Assembly: GCA_026026165.1 (NCBI GenBank)
Contig: JAPEUD010000034.1
Coordinates: 124,001-188,000 of the forward strand
Length of the DNA: 64,000 bases
Reading direction: 5' to 3'
DNA from: Sarea resinae
Lineage: Eukaryota
Part shown: positions 47,259 to 60,600 of the stretch, one piece after another
Position numbering within the stretch: the stretch's first letter is position 1
How the letters are laid out: every line of letters starts with the position of its first letter
Notes under the pieces: generated by a model
What the model saw: the letters and a program-made list of their open reading frames with translations, nothing else
Told to the model about the DNA's origin: nothing
Databases searched by the model: none
Translations under genes and position numbers: made by a program

Positions 47259-47430
47259 ACCGTTGCTCTTCGACTTATTTTTTGATTTCTTGTCTTTTTC
47301 TTTTCGTTTTCTCGCCCCACGACCGGGCTCCCATCTATGATATGAGAATATGATTCCTCCCCACACCCCAAAAAAATACCCGAGCGTCCCAAGAATCTAC
47401 GTCCATTTCTCCTATTCTGCTTGACGTGCA

Positions 47431-47570
47431 GCGTCGTCGTCGTCGTCGTCGTCGTCGTGTCTTCATTCTGTATTCCCCCGTTTCCGTACCATCTAAAGAA
47501 CTCATCACGGCTGCTCATGACAACATCTCCGGACTCCCCAATCCGTGCTGCTGCTGCTGCTGCTGCTGCT
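47431..47570. repeat. Microsatellites (CGT)~9 and (GCT)~8
   Basis: Direct inspection at about 47432-47458 and 47547-47570. Confidence 0.85.
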
Positions 47571-48800
47571 GTGTCCGTCATGTTGTGCATGCGTGTCTTA
47601 GTAGCCTGTCAACCTGTCGCCAGTCCGTGTATCTCGCTAAGGTCGATGGTAAAATATTCCTCGCTCAGGAGAAATAGGAGATATATGCATGGCACGTAAG
47701 AGCGCAACAAGATGCACGCCGATCGGGCGAACAGAGCCGCGGGGGGCCTGACCGGGACGGGACGGGCCGCGCCGCGCCGCGCCGCCATCAGCGTGATGTT
47801 ATGGTGCTGTAGTGGTAATACGGTACGAGTACTGTAGTGGCTCTTCGGTTTCTTGACTCTGGAGACGAGGGTAAATATTGTCGAGATGCAACATGTACTG
47901 TAGCCGAACAGAAAAGGTCACTTTAGGAGTGCGCTCTCTTTTCGGGTCTTGTCGTCTTATCTTGATCAGCGGGGTGACTACCTACCTACTGGCTAGCCCT
48001 ACGACCTCTACGACGTGATGATATTCCCTTCGATTATGCGAAGATTGGTCATAGTGAGATGGTGGCTAGAGAGATAGATAGATGGATAGGTACTCGGATA
48101 GATTTCTTTCAAGGGAACTCGACAATTTGGATTTGAGAAGCGACATTGGCAAAGGATGGTAAGCCGACGGAAAGGAGAGAAGAGCAAAGAACGAGCAACG
48201 AGACTCAAAGAGACGGAACTTTCGTTCTCTGGGGAGGGCCGGTGAGATATTGCACCCTCTCACGTCTTTCGTGTCACACCGTGCGGCTGTAGTGGGTGAG
48301 GAAGAGCTGGACTGGACGGAGCAGACAGAGTATCAGGGCAGGCAAGGAAACAGACTAAGCACAAGGAAAAGCAAGGGAAAATTATATGGGCAGCGTGAGG
48401 GTGGATATTAGTCGGTGATCAGAATTGTGTGCTGGAACGAAAGAAAGAATAACACCACCTTGCCCAGCCCTGCTTGCGTATAGCATCAGACATTGGACAG
48501 TTTAGACCGACAGGCAGGGGAGTGCGAAGGGGGTTGGGGACAGAAGAGAGGAGCAGAACGAGAGGGAAAGAGATGGATGAGAGAGACAATTCACAACTTA
48601 GACAATTTTGACAACGACACGAGAAGAAACAGGAAATGCGAAAGACAGGAGGATATTGCTTGCGTGTCTTGCAATTTCCTGCGCCTTCTGAAGTAGTACT
48701 TACTCCTTCGGTGACCGGACAGAATCCGCAGAATCCATGCATTGAGTATTTCGGACTTGCACTTTCAGGGTAACGTTTACGATCCTTCGAAAACTTCAGT

Positions 48801-51564
48801 TTACCCGCCCCCTTCCCACTTGTCACTCCTCGCCTTCCAAATAGAATCCGTCTGGCTCGTAGTTTCGGGCTCCAAAGCACTATTCACGATATCCCACACC
48901 GCTGCCCCCAGATCTCCAGCACCACTTGAAGACGCTTGCCCTGGTTCGCGCGTATTCTTTATGCGTTTCAATTTGCCTGACGATTTGGGGGCATTCGAAG
49001 AGGACAAAGATGGCGATGGCGATGGCGATGACGATGACGAGCTGTCCTTGCGACTGGCAAGGAGACGGTCGAGAACTGCGATTTGTCTCTCGGTCTTCGT
49101 ACCCGGCTCGCCCTTCACCGGAAGACTTGACCGACTAGATGGCGCCTCTGAGTCAGATTCGGAAGCAGATTCGTAACGATACTCGGAATCGCTGTCAGAG
49201 TCCTCACTATGATAATCAGGCCGGCCTGGTTTCTCCGGACTCTCAGGTTCTATCTTGATGGCCACACTAGGCTGCCGATACATTATGTCCGAGGGTGATA
49301 GATATCTGTTCATTCGCTCCGGACTCTCGGACTCTGCCTTTATCTTTGCACTGGCCCTTTTGAGCCTTGGATTTGCGCCTGGTTTAGGTATAGACTCGGA
49401 TTCCCCTTTGGACTCTTCATGTACAACAGCTTTTCCCTTCCTTTCCCCAATCCTGTCTCCTGGAGCAGATTTTGTTGGACCTCGGTATCCGTGCGATGGT
49501 TCACGTGGTTCGGGGGTGAGGAAGAGAGTATAATTGGGGTCGGCACGGCGTTGGAGCTGCAGCTGTCGCTGTCGTTGGAAAGAGTTGTCGTTCGGTTTTG
49601 CTTGGCTGTAAGGCGGAGATAGATGCTGAGCGTGAAGCGGAGATTGATGTCTACGCTGTGCTTGATCTTGAATTGCGGGCTGAGCTGTCGGAATTGCAGG
49701 ACCATAAAAGTTCCTAGGAGTTATGGTCTCATTTGAGCTCGACGAGGGGATGCTGTTAGCCGGGCGAGGAGGTAATTCGTTCGGAGGCTGTCGCCGCTCG
49801 AACATTAGCTGATTCTATTGATAGCTGTCAACAAAAACATCAATGCCATCGTGAAGATTTCGGACTTACTGCGCGGCGCGCTTCGAGAAGACCTTTGCAG
49901 TAAGAGATTTGAATTTGGTTGTGGCCCTTACATCTAGCGACTTGTGTAACACTTGCCCAGAAAATAGCAGCTGGGCCTGTAAAGTCGTTGACACTGGGCT
50001 CCATACACCAAGTAAAGTATCGAGGCAGAGCGTCACAATTGCAGATAGGCAGTGGCTTGGGAAAATCGACCTCTCGTCTCGAAATCCCTAGCGGTTGTCG
50101 CCGTCCGTTTTGTCCATGTGACTGCAGCTGCAATTGCCCTGTGCTTCGGGTATTACGAAACGGAGTTAGCAAATTTCCCCGGAGCTCAGGCCGATAGTAT
50201 GGTGGAGGACGTTGCTGTTCCTCCTGGGCTTCACGATCCAGCGCTTGCTGCAGTCGGTCTGGCTGCTTCGGTTTGACGTTCGGTCGTGGTTGGTTGCGCG
50301 GACCTTTTGGGATGACAATTCTTGGCTGGGATAGAGCTTGCGGGAGAAGTGGGGGCCTCTCGTCGATAAACGGTTGAGCCTTCGATTTGGCATTCGGCTG
50401 GGAGGAGGGCTTGTTAGACGTTTTGGACTGACGAGCCTGATCAATCTGATGAGCTCGACCGCCACGATGACCCTGGTTACCTTGTCGAAGGGTGAAACTC
50501 TCCTCTACTGCAGCCCTGCGTTTTAGGGTCCCTTGTAGCGGCTCCGTAGCCGCTCTCTTTTTTAGAGGGAGAGGGGATGGCGCAATAGGGAGCTTTTGGG
50601 TATTGCCTTTCACTGATGTCGAGGAGGCACCCGGCGATTGATTTTGACGCTCGACAGCAGGCCCTGAGAGCACGGGTAGTTGGCGTTGCTCTACCGACTT
50701 CTTTTCCAATTCCAGCTCGGATTCCCTCCTAGCATTAATTCTCAATTTTTGCCTATCGCGCTTTCGGGTTGCCTTCGTCTTCTTCTTTGTCTCCTCTAAA
50801 CTTTCCCTTTCCTCGCCCAGCTGCTCCTTGTATGTCCGTTCTGGCTTCTCTCTCTTTGCCTTCTTTTCCTTCCTGTTCTGCTCTTCTTTCTTCCTCTTTC
50901 TCTGCTCCGCCATCTCCCTCTTTCGACGCTCTTCCCTCTTCATCTCCCTCTGCTCTCTCTTCTGTGCCTCTCTCTGCTCTTCAATTTCCCTCTCCCTCTT
51001 TTCTTCTGCTTCTCTCTCTCTCCGTTCTTTCCTGTCTTTCTTTCTCTGCTCTTTCTTCAATCTTGCAAGGGCATTTTCCTCTGCCAATTTATGAGCTTGC
51101 TCGGCATGTTGGGCTTGCAATTTAGCGATTTTGAACTCGAGGCGGAAAACCTCGCTCCGTATCTGGCTTTCCTTGGATGTCTCTGGCAATTGCGCCTCGA
51201 CTTCGTCGCTATCCCGGCGTGAAAGCGCCACCTTTTTGCGACCTTTTGGTCTCTTCTTTTTCCCAGTACGATTATCAGAGCTATCATTCTCGTTGTCGAG
51301 CTGGTTTATCGGCTCGGTCGGTGTGGCTCCACGCGAAATAGGCATAGTTGGCCTTTCCCTCTGTTTGAGCTTCAATTTCCGCCTGGCCTACAGAGTATTA
51401 GATCCTGCGACAAACATGGGCAGATTCGTTGCGCACACCTTTCTAGTGCCTTTTGTGTCTAGGTTCTCGGTCGACGACGTGGCAGCCTCGTCTCCATTGC
51501 TTGCCTTCCTCGCGCCCTTGTGGGAGCCTTCAACGTGGACCGATTTTGGGCCCTTTGGAGCCAT
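48801..51564 (-). CDS. Hypothetical low-complexity protein with charged coiled coil and small Cys/His motif
   Basis: ATG at 51564; introns 51388..51438 and 49815..49869 link three segments in frame. E/K/R-rich helix and CNC..LPRYF..CKGH motif. Confidence 0.6.
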
Positions 51565-53193
51565 TGAGTAGACCAGCGAGAGACTGGGATCTGTTCGACA
51601 GGAGTAGAACTGGTTATTCGGAGAGGAGGGTGGTGGCGACTAGGTCGTCTGAAACCGCTACAAAATGATCCTGTATCATTCAGCTCAATTAGACAGCGTC
51701 CTACTATTCTTCAAGGACAGCAAGTAGTCTGCCATTGAACATCTTCGCGTCTCTTCTTCGACAGAAATGCGATGTACGCCGGAGAGGATTAGAGATCCGC
51801 GTGGGGTCTCCAGTCATGTTTCTCATCCAGCAAAGTACAAATGCATATTCACACTGCCGACTACCATCAGGCTGCCGCACAACAGACTCAATTCGAGCTA
51901 ACCCTCAAGGCAAAGAGAGCGAGCTTAGTCAAATCTCATCCTCGCGCCACCTGACATAGGTCAGGAAAGGCATTTCCGCAGAAAGAGGGTCGAGAATAGA
52001 AGCCTGATTTTTGATCCTTGAGCGATAGAGAGGCGGCTTCAGCTGGTCGGCTTGAATCGGCTTCCACGCCGTTTCACTCTCTCAATGCCGATTCTCGTAT
52101 TTTACAGTGCCTCTGAGATCTCAGCTGGAGTTTCACTTCTTCCCCTGAGGACCTGACCTAGCCTAGGCTTTGATGCAGTATACAGTCCTCATTGTTTCGT
52201 GGTTCAGTGAATACTCGTATGCTTACGTCTGAACAATGGACTATTTCGATTGAATGCAGACAGTAGATGCCAATGCCCACAGAGGTGAAGATAGAGTAGA
52301 AGGGGGAGGAGACTCACTTGACGCTGAGTTATCGGCCAGCCCTGATATTGTTAGGCATATCAAATAGCAAAGCCGAGCAGATGCCTGAGTAATTGGAGCG
52401 TGTCTCCAGTGGTGGGTGCTCACATCCATATCTTGTACAAACCACCAACGCAGATAGACCACCGTCATGCTTGTTGACAAAACATTGGTATCCAGCTCGT
52501 TGCTTAGGGAGACAAGATCTTAGACTCTGTTGAGCCGGACACCAACAGGCCCTGTTCCCGAACGTGGATGGGCTGGCAAGTCTCTGCAGATGCTGAAGTG
52601 TAGGGGCACATGGCTTGAATCTGAGAATGGCCACACCGCCTACCTGACATCTATATCCGTGAGGTCCGAGAGACTGAAGCTGGGGGAGTCACCATCCTGT
52701 CAAAGCCCAAGGTAGGATCCGGCAGCTACGCGTCCGCTCCGCCACTCCGGAAAGCTAGTACGTATCAGGGACACTATATAGGCTGAGACATTTATCATGC
52801 ATTTCGATCGACTGTCTGCCCGGGCAACAACAAAGTGGCCCCTTTATGCGGTTGATGGGTTTAAGATCGGCATGTTAGTGTCCGCAGGAACAACGAGCTG
52901 CCCGTACTCCGGAGTAGATTGGAGAATGCAGATCAACCGGGTCTGGGGTTACGGAAGGACGGGTCGCTTCTTCCCGCCTGCGTGAGGCGGAGCGGACACT
53001 TGGCGGGAAACTTAAAATTAGGCTGTTCGTGCGACGTTGGAGCCTCTCTCCCGCGATACTCTGTCCCAACGAGATTAGGCTATGGTAGAGCGTCGAACAG
53101 TACGATGTACGTATTGGCGTCATGACTCGGACACGGGCTTTGGTCTGAGCATCTCGAGAACATAAATATCAATGACAGTAGATACAGGCTTAC

Positions 53194-54308
53194 TCAGCTC
53201 TCGGCGCACTCTGCCAGCAGCCTCTTATGACTTGCCATAGCCTGCTTAGCAAATTCGATCATATCATAATCCTTGCCTTTGCCTTCTGGCCCAGAGTCAA
53301 AGATCTCCATCGAAAAATAGCCCCTGAAACCCGTTCGCAAGACCGCTTTAGTCACCGCTACAACAGGCAGGTAACCCCCATCGAATGGCATGGGACGGAA
53401 ATCATGACTCCACCGGCCCTTGGGCCTCGTCCCGGTCTCATCAACGTCCTTGCTGAACGGACGTTTCGGCTTGTAGGCATCGGAGATCTGCAGGAAATAA
53501 ATTTTGTCTTCTGGTATCGTCTTGGCCAACTTTTCCAGGCTCTGATTGAATTCGAGTTCTTCCTCCTCCTTGCCGCCACCGTGTTCGCCTTTCAGGAGCA
53601 TCATGCCCGTTTGCGTCGTAGGATCTGCCCACTCGCTACCTGCGGTCTGGAAGGTGTCGAGACATAGTCCAACATTTGGCTTGTCCACTTTCTTTACGAT
53701 ATCCCAAACACCATACCAGGTGGGAGCGTGCGTGGACCAGCACCAATTCTCGTAAGCCAAGCGGAAATTATGCTCCGCTAGCATATCAGCCAGGAGCCGA
53801 AGGTCGGAGACAATGTACTCGCGGTCGGTAATCATATCGGGGGAGTCGGATGAGCCAACCTTAACCACTCGTCTCAGTCTTTATCCAGCACGAGGAGGCA
53901 TCAATAAGGTTTCTGTACCTGGAGTGTATCCGTCCCCACGGCTTCCATGACCCGAATCCAGCCTTTCACCCGTCGAAATGCATCTTCTCTCTTCGGCGAG
54001 CCTTGTGGCCATCCCTCGAAATTCGAAAATGGCTGAAGTATGAATATCTTCAGGTTATGTTCTTGACAGAGTTTCTTGATTTGCTTTCCCACGTCACAGA
54101 TATCGTCGTAGTCGTAGGGTCCCACATCCTTTCTCAGCTGTGAGCTGGCAAACGAGAGGATATCAGGAAATGCTAATTCAATGGCGGAGAATCCAGCCCC
54201 CGAAATGGCTGCTAGCTTCTTGGGTAGAGTATCTGAGGCTCTACAGCCGATGGAGCAGCTAGCATAACAAGTGGGGATAGCAGATAGTGAGGGTGTAGTG
54301 AGAGACAT
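53194..54308 (-). CDS. Xylose-isomerase-like TIM barrel (AP_endonuc_2), 3-dehydroshikimate dehydratase/sugar-phosphate isomerase-like
   Basis: AGFSAIEL, LQPFSNFEG, LAYENWCW, GLCLDTFQ, LQISDA, GYFSMEIF. Intron 53860..53918. Confidence 0.85.
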
Positions 54309-55042
54309 CCTCAAGTTTCGGTTCGATTCGAGCTGTTAATAGCTGACGATTGAAAAACAAGAATTTGGGTCATGCTCGGATGCGACCTTGAGTACAATGA
54401 GGGCTCTTTTGTGATGTTTAGCTGGATGCTGCAGCGATGATGTTATGGTTACCTTACCTACCGCTGCGGTTTGTGTTGATGACGTCGCTGTTCATAGCTA
54501 ACCCTACCCTACCCAGCTACTTACCATACCTCTCTGCCTTCAGCTACTTCCTCACCAGCGTCACCATGTTGGCCTTCACTAATTTCGACGCGGCTGTTTG
54601 ACCTCGTAGTATGAGAGCATGCTATCTTCCGATGTCTATCGTAGAAGGGATTGAGATCGACAATATGATCCTTTGCAGTTTGGTCGGTCAACGTCATTTT
54701 TACCTTCGGTTTCTAATGATACTCTGTACCCCGTCTACGAAGTACCTTTAGCGGAATTATATGATCCCACAGTACGGTGTCTGATCGATCATCCAAAAGT
54801 AGAACGGTTGGGCCGGGCTCTTTACGGCTTCGCAGTGTTTTTGAACTGATACTGACTGTCAATCGACAGAGTATATACAGTCAATGGACAGCTAATTTCC
54901 TCCTTTCCGTGCTCTCTTAGTGGAAATGCCGTATCGATCACAAAACTCCCGCCAGGTAGCTACTCTAGGTAGTACTAGTAGTAATCACAAGTTACAGTAG
55001 AAGCCCAGTGTGTCGTATCCGTAGGTAGGAGGTAATCTCCAA

Positions 55043-56257
55043 TCAAACAGCCGCACCACTTTCGTCATAACGGTCTCTATGGCCTTTGGACCTTTTCGAT
55101 AGGCTCCATCGTGAAATACTTTGCGAACGGTCGCCTCCTTTGTATATCGTCCTTTCTCCTTCGCCAAAGATGGGTTTGAAAGTTGAGTCGTAGTTGGCCC
55201 ATGCAGCTGAGAATACGTGTGCGGTGAAGGCCATCAGCCACGCCGGGCTCCGTCCACTTTTATCTGCTAACAGCCTGTTGAGCAGCAAGATCAATGCGAA
55301 AAAGGGCGCCCAGGCTGCCACAAATATAGCCTGGCCGATCCGCTGTCTGGTTGTAGTGATCGTATAGGGGCGAATTTGGTGAAGATAGTCTCTGTATTCC
55401 TGCGGAATGCCGTTCTCATCGGCGCCATCAGTGATGAGCTTCAGATATCGTGCCGAGGCTTGTGCATAGCTGGGGTCTGGTCGCTGGAAGGCGCCGTCGC
55501 TCGGCGGCGAGTAGAGGGTGTGGGCTTTGAAGCTCGAGCTGGTTGGCTTCTGTGGGACCTCGGCCGCCCCAGAAAGTGGGTAACAGTCCACGAGAACGTC
55601 TTGATATGCCGTTCCTCCCCCCTCAGTCGCTATAATTCGCGCATAATCCTCCTTTGTCACCTCATAGACGACACCGACCATGCCTTTCTTCCATCGATCC
55701 TTGTGGTAATCTTGCCGCCAGTCTACCATCAGAGGCCCCTTCTCTGAGTCCGAGTGCCCGTGTGCCAAGGCGGGGTCTTGTACTCTATAGCTTGAGTTCG
55801 CGAAGCAAGGCTCGATGTATGGTATTCCAGGAAGGTCGAAGGTAAGGGTCAGCTCGGGGACGACAACATTGCACTGAGACAATGGCTTGATGCCGCGCCT
55901 GCCCTTGAACGTCTCGGCGGCCAGATTTGAGCCATATGCTAGATAAAGAACTGTATCCGCGCGGTGGCGAAAACGTCCGACGTTGCTGTCTTTCTCTCCG
56001 ATAACTGGCTTATCGGCAGGAGAGATGGATTGCCGGGTGATTTGAGGGCAGGCAGGATGACGCTTGGTCGCCGTAGATAGCAACGACTCGAGCGATCTAC
56101 GCAAGGAGTCGAGAGCTTGTTCACCAGTCCACCTCCGCTCCGTCGCGCGATTCCCGGTTGGGGTATCGACTTTGGCCTGTTCGGGAGTGAATGCCATGAC
56201 CGAAAGGTGGGTCGTGTAATGCGATTGTGGATGGGTATTGATGATGTGCTGGGGCAT
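55043..56257 (-). CDS. GliK-like gamma-glutamylcyclotransferase with C-terminal hydrophobic segment
   Basis: YLAYGSNL, FDLPGIPYIEPCFAN, GVVYEVT..DYARIIATEGGG, SARYLKLITDGA. Confidence 0.85.
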   Translation of the reverse strand: MPQHIINTHPQSHYTTHLSVMAFTPEQAKVDTPTGNRATERRWTGEQALDSLRRSLESLLSTATKRHPACPQITRQSISPADKPVIGEKDSNVGRFRHRADTVLYLAYGSNLAAETFKGRRGIKPLSQCNVVVPELTLTFDLPGIPYIEPCFANSSYRVQDPALAHGHSDSEKGPLMVDWRQDYHKDRWKKGMVGVVYEVTKEDYARIIATEGGGTAYQDVLVDCYPLSGAAEVPQKPTSSSFKAHTLYSPPSDGAFQRPDPSYAQASARYLKLITDGADENGIPQEYRDYLHQIRPYTITTTRQRIGQAIFVAAWAPFFALILLLNRLLADKSGRSPAWLMAFTAHVFSAAWANYDSTFKPIFGEGERTIYKGGDRSQSISRWSLSKRSKGHRDRYDESGAAV

Positions 56258-57677
56258 TTGGATGGTGCAATACAGAGTAGTGATGCTTGTAACTCCCTAC
56301 GAAGTACTTCGTACAAATATCGTGGGGGGCGGAGGGCCAGAAGGAAGTCTAGCGAGCCTCGGATCGCAAGAGCTTGGAAATGGTCCTACACAACCACCAC
56401 TGCTTCTACTCCGTATATAAGGTAGCCTAGAATTGGTAGACCCTGTCAGACTTCATTGAGCCGGAGGACTCCCCATGGGCCGTGAAGACTACCTGAACGC
56501 GATGTGTCCTAGGGTGTGGGAGATGAATGCTTCATTGTCTCTTGAACTTCCTCCTCTGCCTGAAGGGCCCATGTCATCAACTGAGCATCATCGCCGGCGT
56601 CGACGACGGGTGCGAATATCAACTGAGGTGTAGGCTTTGACGGCCTGCGACACGTTTGCCATCAAATTCTCCCGCAAGATTCCTACCTCCTCCATGCGCG
56701 GGCCCAGCGCCGAGCTCCACGCATATTCTGCCTCTGCTAGACAGCCGGCACAGACGGAATGATTGTTCGACTGCTATATACACTCGCTCTCTTTCCGTTG
56801 GCCTGTCCTTCGCCAGCTTCACAGCTTGTGATATAGTTCGGTGCTCAGGTCGACTTCATGATAGACGCCCCTGTGTTGTGGACGCAGGCAGAAACGCGCT
56901 GCATCTATATCAGATTCGAGCTGCCCTTTTGCGTGGGATCGCTGCGTCAGATATCATCTTCTTCATTTTATTGCACCGTGATAGGCAGGTCAGACATCTA
57001 CGCCTTGGATCATCATGTCCGAGGAACGAGATGGCACTATGCCCAGAAACAAAACGTGCTCCGTAGAACGCAACCGTGGGTACGGTACAGCCGCACCCAA
57101 ATCCGACTCTCCCCATTCCACCCCGAATTCCAACCCGATCCCAGCGGCCAAGTGTCGGGGGAGATGAGCGGGGGAGAAAGCAGGAACTGCCCGTGTAGCC
57201 CTCCCCCTTTCCGAGTGGGTGGGAGGGTGTGTTCCGCTCCTGCCTGTCATATTGGACGTGTTCATGGATAGTGGATGGAAGCTGCCTTGTCACCTCGTTT
57301 TGGACCTTCGATGAGAGCCTCCGGAAGATCATGCCGTTGAACAGAGGGCCACGCAGTCCATACCACGGCATTTTCCATCGATCAGATCCCTTGACTGTGA
57401 TCCCGCTCACGCTTTCGCCGCTGCTCGTCCTTCCAATGGTGATGAATGCCCACCCTGATGTCATGTTGGATGTGTTGATGCAAGAAAGTGTGCGTCTTTT
57501 ACGGTAATCTACTGCTGGCATCCCAGAGAGATGGATCATGTGAAAGCCCTCTCTCAATTCTCCGAGATCTCTGCATCCGTCCACCGAACCGCATACGTCC
57601 CGGCGTCGTGGGAGACTCTGGTGCTGTTTTTCATTCCTGTTTTTGTGCGAGCTTAAGACATTCGAACATCCTCGTGA

Positions 57678-60600
57678 TGTCCTTTCCATTTCCTACCGGC
57701 CCGGAGATGGAAAAGAGTGTCCGGGCCGTCGCTACCTGCCTACGATCTATCCCATCCGATATATCTGCTGGAAGGGAAATCGGGTGAGCTTACTCTTGAA
57801 GGAGTGTCGTTGAAGTCGCTGATGTGTCACGCACAGCATCCCGTCCCATTTGATTGATAGCATGCTAGGGCCAAAGACAGGCTTGCCGGCTGGACCAGAA
57901 CACGAGGTAGCCTTCCAAGGGATGCCTCGAGCTTCAATCCGTCAGCTGACGATAGCAAACCATAGCATCGCCTCGAAAAAGTATCGGTGTCAGAACTCGC
58001 CGCGGTGATCGACGATCTGGAGTATAGTGTACTCCATACTTTAGGGACAAAGGGCTTTTGCTTCCTCATCAATGTGTTCCTCCGCGCCCAGCCTTGCCAT
58101 GGACAGGAACGTGGGCTTTACCTTCTCATTGTATGGTCAATCATCCCCACGATACCGATGACAGGCTCACCCATTTCCACAGGAATCGCTGGGAGAGCTG
58201 GAATCTGACAGTACGCCACCTCCACCCCATGCTCCATACAAAGATGCCTCCTGGTGCGATCAAATGAAGAGTATAGTTGGCGATACTGCTCTTCTTCATC
58301 TCCTACAATTTTTCATCAATCCCGTTGAGCCTGAGACTAGTCGAAGATGGGTCCGCAGCATATATTCCAATTCAAAACCCTCTTGTGGAGAGCTGACTGG
58401 AAGTGGACCTTCAGGCAGGCTTGATCATACTCGAACTGATGAAAGACTGTGAGCACAACACCACAGCGCTGGCGGAATGGCCTGAATCATATCGGTATGT
58501 TCTCAGCGAAAGATTCTTAGTTTCGAAAGCTAATGTGGAATCATGTGCAGCCAAGCGGTTGGTCACATTATCATTGGGGAACCCGTCCAGACACTGAACC
58601 TCATTGCTGCTGCACTCGTGCGGCAGGCTATGACATATGGGGTGGATGAGACTGGATTCTGGCCTTTGACCATTGAAGGAAAATTCGAGGGATTCCAACA
58701 AAGTTGTTACGGAAGCTCTCAATGGCCGACGGATTTTGGGAGATTTCTTGAACAGATGAGTGCTAGTGGCGCATCAGACACCCGGTTTGTGGCCTCCGAT
58801 TATCCCTGAGCTTGACTGATATCGACAGAAACCCCGGGACACACTTTGCTGTAGATGTGCTCATAGATGGTCAGGCTATGTGCTCTGAGAATACCGGGCC
58901 CTTTATGGTCTTTGTATGTGACAAGCTCTCCGTCATGATATCGTCCTTCAAGAGATGTCCTGTTCAATACCTCGATATACCATGGCAAAGTGTCGCAGAT
59001 GTACAAGCACTAGAAATGACAGTACCAAGTGCAAGGAAGCGAGTGGCAGACGTGCCAGTCTGGGCCTTGTTTCTGAGAATCAACATTGCCAGCAGAGTCT
59101 CGTACTATCTCAACTCAGCTAAATGTAAGTGCAAAGAGATTCGTATCATTCTTGCGAGCGAGGATGACGGCCTTGCACTTTCAGAGGCCGTACGGATTAG
59201 AAAAGGACTCTCGGATCATGGTGGCGAGTTGTCGAAAATCAGCTTGAGACGAATGAGCGAATCAATTGAGCATATAGAGCTTGGCAAACCTGCCTCATCA
59301 ACGGCCTCCGAGGCTTCCGAGCCCAGTATTGGCAGCCAGAATACTGGACCAGGAAATCCCGCTGGGATACATCATGAAGATTTAAACCATCATCAGAACC
59401 CTCTGGCGGAAACTGCCGATGATAGGCAGATTATGAACGCACTACTGAGCAAGGGAGACTACACAAATGGATTTAATGGGAATCCTTCACATGAAATTGG
59501 CCAGTCGAGATTACAGGTTATACCGATCACCAAATCGTCTAGGTCAACAGGGAGCAATGAAAGTCAGTTTGACGCTGGCAGTCGGAGGCCGGGAAATGAG
59601 CGCGCCAGCCCTGTAGGGGGGAACTCTGAAGGACAGCCAACCATGCATAAAATTGGCCCAAGTGAGCGCGAACATAAACCCCGAGAAGCGGCAGCACATT
59701 CTACAACGAAACATATTATACCCACTGCAAACGATTGTGGTGATACAAGCATCTACGATTTTCCCGCTAGCCAGGATATTGGAAACAAGGAGTCTGTTCC
59801 AAGTAAGAGGCCTTCAGCAGCAAAAGAGTTTAGAGGTAAGTCCGTTTTCTTCCCCTCAATAGTTATACTGCTAAAGCCTACCCTAACACGAGTACAAAGT
59901 CGGTGCAGAGGCACCTCAGCCACGCTCCAAGAAGGCAGCCAAAGGTCCTGCAAATGAGTCAACGTCAGCACACGAGAGCAACTCCACACGTCAAGTTTCT
60001 GCTGAGAAGGCCATGAAGCGAACAGTGGCAGGCGAAACATTACAACATTCATTGGAGAGACTTCCTCTCAAACGAAGTAGGCGAGCGGCCGCTATCAGAG
60101 CCAACAGGAAGATCCAAGGATTGGACCTGTCAGAGGACAAAAATATAACCCAACCCTCCTGTTTTGCGGATGAAAAGGATGAAGATGAGTCACCGCTTAT
60201 AATATCCCAATCACTCGCTCAGAAGGAGAAAGTGGACGTCGAACGTGAGGATTCTCCACTAGGTCCAAGCAATGTGGTGGTAAATTCAGAAATTGGGTTG
60301 GAGAACGAAGCTTCAGCTTTGCCCATCCCAGAGGAACCCAAAAGGCAAAGTGGTTCATTTGGATCTCAGTCGGGCGCAGAGGTCGCAGCTGGCCCTGTCC
60401 AAGATCAAAAAATAGGGGCTGAAGAGAGGCCTAACGATATCCCACCCAGCCAGTTGGCTGATATCAAAAACTTCTCCTCGATCAGCGAAGCCGAAGATGT
60501 CGCGCATGCGACAGAGGTCAGTAGAAGCTATTTCTCCATTCATTATTGCCAAGCTCTGACTACTATTCGCAGGCTTTTGAGAGTCAACCCGAAAATGCTA

